DNA of 26,375 nt from positions 282,405-308,779 of the forward strand of contig JAWQFM010000028.1 of assembly GCA_033442325.1 (NCBI GenBank). The letters run 5' to 3'. The position numbers and the translations under genes were made by a program. The first letter of the stretch is position 1. The number at the start of each line of letters is the position of its first letter. Shown piece by piece: positions 1 to 13,448 of this stretch. The stretch comes from Salpingoeca rosetta. Its lineage: Eukaryota > Protista > Choanoflagellata. The notes under the pieces are model-generated. The model made no database searches. It was not told where the DNA came from and worked only from the letters and a program-made list of their open reading frames with translations.

Positions 1-90
<90 letters not shown>
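1..90. repeat. (CA)n microsatellite, intronic in the SLC25 gene
   Basis: Perfect CA run at the window start, downstream of the minus-strand donor at 129. Confidence 0.95.
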
Positions 91-92
<2 letters not shown>

Positions 93-129
93 ACCACCAC
101 CACCACCGCCATGCTGCGTGTGTGCTGAC

Positions 130-433
130 CGAGCCTGCGATGGCGCCGGCGACAAACGAGACGGCGATGGGCGGGGCGCTGGGATCAAACGTGGAGGGGT
201 AGAACCGGGTGCCCAGGCGCCACCGCAGCTGCTCGTACCCAGTCCAGTACAGCACTGATGGCAGTGGTGTAAGGGGGGGGAGGGCAATGTTGTGTGGCGG
301 TTGAGGTGATTGGACGATGTGAGGATATGGACCAGATGGACACAGACGAGAGGAGATGAAAACATATCCGGAGACAGCTGCTTTGCATGGCACCATCGCC
401 ATCATCACTACAACGACCATCGCCACCACTCCC

Positions 434-513
<80 letters not shown>

Positions 514-1255
514 CGCCACCGTCGTCACCTGAGAATGGGACGTCGCGGAGGAGGGTTGATCCGAGCCCGCGGTAGAGTGACTGCAGCCCGTCAGCCCGCA
601 CCGTCGCACGGATTGCACGGAACGCCTCTGTACAACCAGCAAGGCAGACGATGGCGCGCGGTGTGCGTGTGTATCAGACGTGTATCAGCCTCTTGTGCTC
701 CTTGCCGTACTCCCTCTCCCCCGTCCCAACATCTTCCCCACTTGATGCATGGCAATCATGCCGGGGGTACCTGCGTATTGCGCGTTCTGTGTCGCCTGCA
801 TCTTCGTGCGCAGCATCTCCAGCGGGGACACCACCGTCGCAGCAAAGACTGCACGCGGCCGCCAAGGGTCGCACGGGCGTGAGGCAACGTGCCATTGCAT
901 GGTTGGTTGGTTGTATGCGGTTTGTTGGGCGGTTGGGAAGTTGGACGGTTAGGTGCAAGTGCGTACGTGCACGTGCAAGAAAGCAAGAACAAACCCAAGA
1001 AACCATCACACACATCCACACACACACACACACAGGTACACACGTGCACGCGTACAATAGGCAGTGACTCACTGCGCGAGATGCCGCCGCAGGCGCCGGG
1101 TGAGTATTTGCTGTCACCCAAATGTGGACGCAGCCTGATTGTTGGCGACATTGGTGATAGCGACGGTGATCGTGATGATGAATGCACAGTGGAAGAGGAG
1201 AGAATGTGAGGTGAGACGCGGCGAGGGACGAGGTCACACACTACTGCAACAAGAC

Positions 1256-1312
<57 letters not shown>

Positions 1313-1859
1313 CACGCACACACTCTCCACGCTTCCCTGCCTTCCTCTTCCAAGCACACACACACACAGAGCAAACTGACTGGTCGTATAAAGAAAAGTA
1401 GACGACAGTGCCCGGTACAGACATCATCCTGACACACACGCGCGCGCGCGAAAGAGAACAAGCGGAGGAGAATAGAAACACAGGGTTGCATCATGGTGTG
1501 TTGGGTGGTGGTCGTCGTCGTGGTGGTGGAGTGGAATGAGACACGTGTGCTGTGTGAGGATAACACCGCGGGCAAGGTGCGCTCAGAGTGCACACCGGAA
1601 CCACGAACAAGAAGACCGGCATGAAAGCACGCGCGTGTATGTGAGCGTGTGCGAGTGTCTCGCATGACGTACAGAGTTGGTGTCATGCCCCGCCACAGCG
1701 ACCTGAGCCCTTCATGTCGGCCAATCTTGAAAAACGCATCCTGCCACCAAAACGGACCCAAACCACAACGCACGCGCATGCGCAAACACGTCATGGAACA
1801 CGCAGCCAACCCCATCACGGAATGAATCAACACAAAAGCACAGACACGCACGTGAGTTT

Positions 1860-1918
<59 letters not shown>

Positions 1919-3020
1919 TGTGTGTGTGTGACCGCTCAGAAAAAAAGGACGAATGCGCACACGGCGGCCTCGGTTCCGCGGGGAAAAAGCGTATGTGAGA
2001 ATCCCCTCCCGAGCCATTCGCGCAATTGCTTGATTTTGTTTTGTTTTTCAAGGCATTCTCGTCATCGCGGCGTATGCGTGTGTGTGTGTGTGTGTGTGTG
2101 CGTGGCTGTTGCTGTGATGGTGCATGCATGCGAGAGCACGCGTACCATGGTGCCGTGGAATCGTATTCTGGGTGCATGCGGTGTTCCACAGCCAGGGCAG
2201 TGCACGGGTGTTTGTGCTGCCGCGCTGCCCATCGCTGTCGTCGTGCAGTTGCGTACTGTTGGGCGGTCAAGTCGCAATGCGTGCGGGCAAAGATGGTGGA
2301 TGTGTGCCACGAGCGTGATGGTGTTGGTCAGTGTGTGTGTCAGTGTGTGTGTGTGTGTGCGTATGTCTGTGTGTGTGTGTGTGTGCATGGCACGCAGATG
2401 TTGACTGAGGTGAAGAACATCCACACACACACGCACACGCATACATACCTTGTGGTTGGTTTTGTGCTTGTAGTCTGTTCTTTACGACATCAAAGGGCGT
2501 CACTGCAGACAAACAAGACAAAATCAAAAGCACGTGAGTTTGTGCAGGTGGTTCTGTCAACAGCCCGCCCCAGCCCAAGACGACAACGACAGCAACGACG
2601 GCACATGTGCAACACGCTGCATGCTCAACCACAAGCGTCTCCAACACTTCAAAAGTTCTCACTCTTCCACACGCATACACACGCACTTGTGAGCGACGTC
2701 AGCACTGCGCCCGTGCATGATGCCAGCATTTGCTGGTGAGCGGAGATGGATGTCATCTGGGGTTGTTGATCATCCTGCAAAGCCCGACCGCAAGAGCACG
2801 CGCGTTTTCGTCCATGAGTGTGCAGACAAGAGACAAAAGGAAGGCGGTTCGTTGGCAGCAGGCAGGAAACGGACGACAAACAACGCACGTGTGCATTAAA
2901 ACTACACGCACACCCATACACACATACATACACATACACATAAACACACATACACATACACTCACACACTCACATGCTCACACACGCACATCAACGTACG
3001 TTGGCTTCGCGAGAGGGCAT
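130..3020 (-). CDS. SLC25A40: Mitochondrial carrier, SLC25A39/SLC25A40 (Mtm1) subfamily; multi-exon, 3' end lies beyond the window start
   Basis: Phase-consistent GT-AG exons: 3020-3000, 2774-~2687, 2502-2449, 2255-2146, 1740-1673, 1428-1381, 1134-1073, 848-771, 627-529, 254-130. Translation includes [72 protein letters not shown] and LYRGLGSTLLRDVPFS, i.e. Px[DE]xx[KR]x[KR] carrier motifs with SLC25A39/40-type context. The third carrier repeat is incomplete in the window. A39 vs A40 cannot be resolved. Confidence 0.92.
448..514. repeat. (CAA)n trinucleotide repeat, intronic
   Basis: Directly visible; lies inside intron 528-255. Confidence 0.9.
1256..1310. repeat. (CAT)n trinucleotide repeat, intronic
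   Basis: Directly visible; lies inside intron 1380-1135. Confidence 0.9.
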
Positions 3021-3108
3021 GACGCCCCGCACGAAGACGGAGGAACAAGGTCGCGCCGTCACGCTTGGTTGTGTGGTGGCCGCCACCAAACACAAACAAA
3101 CAAACAAC

Positions 3109-3139
<31 letters not shown>

Positions 3140-3431
3140 AACAAACAGCACAAACGAGAAAGCTTCAAAGACAGCGCGTTCAGGCACTTGCTTGCTTGCT
3201 TGCTGCTCACTCTCCAGCAGAGACTGCAGCTGTGTGCGTGTCAGCAGCGTGCACTTGTTGCGCGTTGTTGCTGGCGTGTGTGTGATGTAGATAATTGACC
3301 ATAATTTCAACAATATTTCTGGCCACACACAAACCAAAGCAGCTGCTGGTTTGCAAGCGTAAAGCCACCGTGTGCCTGTTACGCCTTGCCTTTGCCTGTT
3401 ATTGTGGGAGCTTTATTTAGTCAACCGTGGC

Positions 3432-3665
3432 AAATGTTGATGGGTCGAGAGCCAAATTGGAGTGGCGCCAACTGGCACCTCACACCAGGCGAAAGGGTCG
3501 AGTCATATGCCACTCCAAACCTTTGACACTCTCGGCCCACCTTTTTTCTTCCTTTCTGATATCTGGAGGTGTAAGCCCGGGTGTGGCTGCCTGCGTCTGA
3601 GTGATGCTGTATCATGTCTCGGTCGGCTGTTAGTGCTCCCGATACACACCCTTGTTACACTCCTT
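3432..3665 (-). ncRNA. Putative structured ncRNA with hairpin-hinge-hairpin-ACA (H/ACA-like) architecture
   Basis: Two ~100-nt nested inverted repeats. Hairpin A: 3565-3574 with 3655-3663 and 3579-3585 with 3645-3651. Hairpin B: 3441-3451 with 3529-3539 and a perfect 10 bp, 3457-3466 with 3509-3518. On the minus strand the hinge has ANANNA (ATATCA, 3562-3557), and ACA (3437-3435) plus UUU follows hairpin B. Non-repetitive, non-coding intergenic sequence. Confidence 0.45.
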
Positions 3666-4012
3666 GCGTTCCATCTGTTTGACGCTTGTGCTTGCTTGTT
3701 GTTGCCTCTGTTGCGCTCTGGGAATTTACTTGACGCTGTGGGGCGTCAAAGAACACGGGGGCAAACACGTGATCAACAGGTCGCACAACAGTGGGCGCAG
3801 CACGTAGCAAATGCGTCAGCAGCAAGCGAACATTTCACAGCCAGCAGCAAACGCCAACACGAATAACCACGTCACAACAAACACAACAAACAAACAAACG
3901 AACAAACGCATCGCAGGAAACAACAGCAAAGGCCAAGTACACAATCTGGTGATGTGAGGTCTCAGTGACCATCGTCCACATGCAGATCCCAGTGCTTGCA
4001 AGCAACGGCACT

Positions 4013-8270
<4,258 letters not shown>

Positions 8271-8599
8271 CCTGTTGTTGCTGTTTGTTGTGTATTGGTT
8301 GTTGGAGGAAAGAAGAAAGGCAGATTTGCCTTTGTACGCAAAGGCAAACTTGACAAGCAAGCAAGGAAAGGCAAAGATGAAGAGGAGATGGAGAGGAGAT
8401 GGAGAGGAGCGACGATCGCAATGACGAACGCCACGAACGGGCAGTTGTGAACGTGGGGCCGGCCTGCAGAAGCAGCAGCAGAGTATGGACACAGATGCGA
8501 CGCACACACAGAAACACACACACACAAGAATACACATACACACATACAACACACACAGAAACATACACACACGCACACACACACACATCGCATCGCAGG

Positions 8600-9922
8600 T
8601 CACATGTTGCAAAGGGCAATCTGTTGGGGGTCAATGATGAGCACGGAGGTGGCGCTGCCCGGGATGCCATACAGCTTGCCATTGGGAGCCGCAATGGTGG
8701 CGGACCAGCCGTTGCCGTCGGGAACAAGTGACGTGTCGTCAATGTCGTTGCTGTTGTTGGGATCAAACACGAGAATCCCGCTCGCGTGCAGCGGCATCGC
8801 ATACAGCTTGCCATCAAACGCGCTCACGGCTGCCCCGTTGTACTGGCAGCAATTTGCATCAAAGGAGCTGCCAACAAAGGCCGTCTCAGTTGACGCCCCA
8901 TCCGGCGAGATGCGCAGGATGCCCTCCGCTGCAAAGGGCATGGCGTAGATGAAGCCGTTGTGGACCACCGCGCCCGACCACGCCCGCCCGGAGCTGCCCG
9001 ACACTGAGACCGTCTGGTATGAGTCATCGCTGGGGTCGATGACAAGCACGCTCTGCGCATCGTTTGGCGGCGCGTAGATGAGGCCATCTGTGAACAGGGC
9101 GCCCGTGCGCCACTTGGACCCGCCAGCCAGCAGGCCAGAAATCTCTGAGGTGGTGTTGTCGCTTGGGTCGATGATGAGAATCGGGTCGGCGTTGAGTGGG
9201 ATCGCAAAGATGCGCCCGTCATCAGCCATGGCACCGCCAACCCACTTGGCCTCAAGGTCGGGGTTGGAGCTGACGGTGATGGTCGTCTCGTCCACCGTTT
9301 GCGTGAGCGGGTCGATGATCAGCACGCTCTCTGCACTGTATGGGATGCCGTAGATGAGGCCGGTCTGAGCAAGCACGCCGCCGTACCACTTTGCGTCTCC
9401 GGAAGATACCAGCATGGACGTGTTGTCCGCCGTGTCCGTCGTCGTATCGATGGCCAGCACCGAGCTTGCCGCATAAGGGATGCCGAAGATGATGCCCGTG
9501 TCTGGGTGCAACACGCCACCAGACCACAGCCCCGTGTTGCCTGGCTCAAACCCGGAGATGGTTGTCGTGTCCATCACTTGGTCAGGAGTGCACTGGGGCT
9601 CTATGGTCGTTGTTGCTGCCGCAGTTGTTGTCGTTGTAGTTGCAAAGCCACCTTTGCCATTGCCAGTGCGGTTGAGGTACACGTCGACGAGCGTCTGCAA
9701 GGTGGCGATGCGCTGCTCCAGCCCGGCAATGAGCCCGTTCACATCCACCCCATTCACCAGCACCGCCTGTGAAGGGGACGTTGTGTTCACAAACACGTTT
9801 CCCGCCTCATCCTCCCGAATCACGGCCCCATCCACCAATGCAACAGCAAGCAGTGCAGCAGCCACGAGGAGCAACAAGAAAGACAGGCGAATCCTGCTCA
9901 TCGTCATCTTTGACAACTGCAT
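8600..9922 (-). CDS. Intronless secreted protein: signal peptide, short beta segment plus coiled coil, Thr-rich linker, seven ~45-aa repeats (predicted 7-bladed beta-propeller)
   Basis: Uninterrupted 440-aa ORF. Hydrophobic leader LSFLLLLVAAALLAVALVDG; heptad-like VNGLIAGLEQRIATLQTLVDVY; linker TTTTTTAAATTT; seven repeats of consensus W-x-G-G-x-L-x2-3-G-x-I-Y-x-I-P-x2-A-x-S-V-L-x-I-D-P. The start could instead be the Met at 9907 or 9901. Confidence 0.88.
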   Translation of the reverse strand: MQLSKMTMSRIRLSFLLLLVAAALLAVALVDGAVIREDEAGNVFVNTTSPSQAVLVNGVDVNGLIAGLEQRIATLQTLVDVYLNRTGNGKGGFATTTTTTAAATTTIEPQCTPDQVMDTTTISGFEPGNTGLWSGGVLHPDTGIIFGIPYAASSVLAIDTTTDTADNTSMLVSSGDAKWYGGVLAQTGLIYGIPYSAESVLIIDPLTQTVDETTITVSSNPDLEAKWVGGAMADDGRIFAIPLNADPILIIDPSDNTTSEISGLLAGGSKWRTGALFTDGLIYAPPNDAQSVLVIDPSDDSYQTVSVSGSSGRAWSGAVVHNGFIYAMPFAAEGILRISPDGASTETAFVGSSFDANCCQYNGAAVSAFDGKLYAMPLHASGILVFDPNNSNDIDDTSLVPDGNGWSATIAAPNGKLYGIPGSATSVLIIDPQQIALCNM

Positions 9923-10009
9923 GCCGAGATTGTGGAGAATTAGTGGATGATTTCCTCAAATTTTCCCCAGCCAAACCAAAACAAAACACCCAAGCGAGCG
10001 AGAAGCGAG
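9923..10009. promoter_or_regulatory. Very short divergent intergenic region (putative bidirectional promoter)
   Basis: Only 87 bp separate the head-to-head ATGs at 9922 (-) and 10010 (+). Confidence 0.5.
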
Positions 10010-10450
10010 ATGCTGTCGTGTGGCGTGGTGGCGCGGGCTGTTGCGGCCTGTTGTGCGGCGTTGCTTGTGGCTGCAGTGTGCAGTGCGCCTGGTGTGAGTG
10101 CGCACAGTGGCCGCGGCGAGCTGTTTGAGCTGCTGGATCGTGTGGACTTGAACGCCGACAAGGTCATTTCCTCTGAGGAGGTGGCGCTGTGGGCTGCAGC
10201 AAATGGCGCCACAACAGCGGCAGGCACCAACCACTCCTTCACCCAAGAGCATGTCCTCGCCCTGTCCAAGCTTCTCTCCAGCCCAATCCTGGACGGTGTG
10301 TGTGTGTGTGCGTGTGTGTGTGCGTGCGTGTGTGTGTTTGTGTGTGTGTGTGTGTGTGTTTGTGTGCGTGTGTGTGTTTTCTTTATGTTGATGTGCTTGT
10401 GCACATGCCCGTCGCATTCTGCAACACTGTTCTCAACCCCTACCCCTCCC

Positions 10451-10506
<56 letters not shown>

Positions 10507-10743
10507 ACTGACGCGGCAGGCACCGTGCCGGTGGAAGTCCACACGTCGCTGTTGAACAACAGCCGCCTGGCCATCATGTGGGTGACGGAGGTCCCAACGA
10601 AGACATCCACGGTTGAGTACAGCACGGACGGATCGCACTCGTTCTCCAAGTCCATTCAGGGATCCACGCACACTTACACCGCCGGCGGATGGAAGGGCGT
10701 CATCCACGAGGTATGTGTGTGTGTGTCTCTGTGTGTGTGTGTC

Positions 10744-10794
<51 letters not shown>

Positions 10795-12190
10795 TTTGAC
10801 TGTGTTGAATGGTCGAGCTGTGTGGGGGTTGACTTTACTGTGCTGTCTTGTTGGTTTAACCCTACTCACGCCTTGACATCCTCCTTCTTACACCAAAAAT
10901 GACACCTCCCCTCTCTTCCTCCTGCAAACCCCGAAGGTGCACATGCCGGAGTTTCCCGCCAACACGCGCGTCACATATCACGTGGGCGACCGCGACGGCG
11001 GGTGGAGCGCCATCTACACCGTGCAGACGCCGCCCACTGTTGGCAACAAGCGCACGGCCGACAAGCCACTGCGCATCGCCACTTTTGGCGATATGGGCAC
11101 ATACATCCCGCTCGGCTACAAGGTGTGTGTGCTCTGTGTGTGTGCTGTTTGTGTACTGTGTGCTGTGTGTGTGTGTGTGTGTGCAAACTACAGCTGTGTG
11201 GGCTGACGGCTTGTCGCATGGCTGCGTGCTGTGTTGTGGTTTCTGTGCACAGGTGTGCGAGCAGATGGAGGAGGATCACAAGAAGAAGCCGCTCGACCTC
11301 ATTGTTCATCAGGGCGACATCGCATACGCGTCCACAGCAGTCACCGCTGGTCAGGGTAGCCGCATCTGTCTGTCTGTCTGTGTATGTGTGTGTGTGTGTG
11401 TGTATGTCTGCGTGTGTCTCTGTGTGCTTGTCTGTCTGGGTGTCATCTGTGCTTGATGTGAGGGCGTGTTCTGCATGGAGGCAGCCGTGTACACCCTTTC
11501 CTGACGCATATCACTGCCGTGGTCATATGTACAGACGGAACTGACGATGAAGACGGCTCAGACACCGTCGGCGAAGAGCAGGTGCGTCTATGGGTGTGTG
11601 TGTGCATTTTCGCGTGGGTGTTTACTTGTTCATGTACAAACATACATATGGCTGATTTCTTTCGTGTGTGCCTTGACTCTTGGCTTGTTCGTTGTGTGTG
11701 TGTGTGTGTGCGTGTGCGAATTGTAGGAATTCGTCTGGGACATGTGGGCGCAGCAGGTGCAGCCTCTCGCTGGTGAGTGGCTCAACCGTCAGTGCACACG
11801 CGCAATCTGAGAACCCGTCCACTCCTTCCTCAAGGGAAGGGGTGGTACCTTACCACCACCACCACCACCCAAACTATTTCCTTCACAATCACCACCGTCA
11901 TCATCATCGTCATCGCCATCGCCGCCATGGTCATGTCACGATCATTTGATGAACACGTGCGTTGATGTGCCGGGTTTTGTTCATTGTTCTCACCTTTACT
12001 CATGGTTGCTGCTATGCGTTGCGGCCCGCCACCAGCCAACATCCCATATGTGGCCGGTGTCGGCAACCACGAGAAGTTCTTCAACTACTCCTCCTACCTC
12101 GCCCGCTTCAAGAACCCAGAGCCATGGTACGGTGTGATGTATGTGTGTGTGTGTGTGTGTGTTTGATTGTGTGTGTGTGTGTGTGTGTGT

Positions 12191-12228
<38 letters not shown>

Positions 12229-12875
12229 TGACACTGTTTGTGTGTGTGTGTGTGTGTGTTTTTATGTTGTGTGCCATTACACACGTCTTGATCCGAGTGC
12301 ACGCTTGTCCCAGCCAGTGTGCACCCATCGTGCGTCATTTGAGTCACACCAGTGGCTGTGTTCACAACCATCACTGCTTTTCCTATCTGAAGGGGCGGGT
12401 CACCAAGCGCAATTGACAACGCCACGTTCTGGTTCAGCTTCGACTTTGGCCTTGGTAAGTCAGCAATGACTTTGTGGATGTGCGTGCGCGCGCGTGCGAA
12501 GTTATGCTTGTACTTGCGTGTGTCATCTGTCGATGTATCCCCAATCACACACGCACAACACACGTCCACACGTCCACATGCTTCGTTGCTCACTAACTTC
12601 CGTTTTCCTCGTCCACAACCGGCGTCCACTTCCACCTACCCGCCCTTATTCCTGTTAACTTGTCTTTACATGGTCCCCACCACCACCACCATCATCACCA
12701 TCATCATCACCACCACCACCACTGTATCAGTGCACTTCACGATGATGAGCACGGAGCACGACTACACGCCCGGCTCCCGCCAGCATCGCTGGATTGTCGA
12801 CGACCTCAACGCCGCCGTCGCCAACAGGGGCACCGTGCCCTGGATCATCCTCGTCGGTACGCTTGTCGTTTGTGT

Positions 12876-12937
<62 letters not shown>

Positions 12938-13334
12938 CTGTGTGTCTGTGTGCCTGTGTGTCTGTGTGTGTGTTTGTGTGCTCGTACTCGTTTTGTTTTC
13001 GCGCACTGGCGCACGTCTTCATGCACCACACTTGCACTTGTCGAGGCCCTACGATTGCCACCCATGCCCTCCTCCTCATGTGTATCTCCTCAATGCCTCT
13101 CACCTCAACTCACGCGACGCCATTGCTTGTCACTGCTGCTCGTTCACAGTGCCAAAGTGGACATGTACTTCTGTGGCCACATGCACATTTACGAGGTGAG
13201 CACGTGACTCAAGTTGGGTGAATCACTTCACCTCTCCACCCTTTCTTTCTTAGCAACAGCAGCAGTCCGCACTCACTCACTCACTCACTCACTCACTCAC
13301 TCATTCACTCACACACACACACACACACTCTCTC

Positions 13335-13396
<62 letters not shown>

Positions 13397-13405
13397 TCTC
13401 TCTCA

Positions 13406-13448
<43 letters not shown>

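Noticed and set aside
310-882. 190-aa poly-His/poly-Gln ORF on the plus strand
   Set aside because: Antisense to SLC25 exons; the poly-Q comes from an intronic (CAA)n tract.
3456-3520. tRNA gene
   Set aside because: A/B-box-like motifs are present, but no T-stem or anticodon arm can be formed and the span is too short.
3439-3541. MITE with terminal inverted repeats
   Set aside because: No target-site duplication visible, and the arms are bulged like an RNA stem. Not fully excluded without a genome-wide copy search.
3575-3620. TPP riboswitch or RNase P/MRP RNA
   Set aside because: Only partial motif resemblance (GGGTG...CTGAG; ACACCCGGGCTTAC on the minus strand); the partner conserved elements are missing.
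3300-4010. Telomerase RNA (prompted by the H/ACA-like domain)
   Set aside because: No CUAACCCU-type template for TTAGGG on either strand nearby, and no recognisable P6.1 or pseudoknot.
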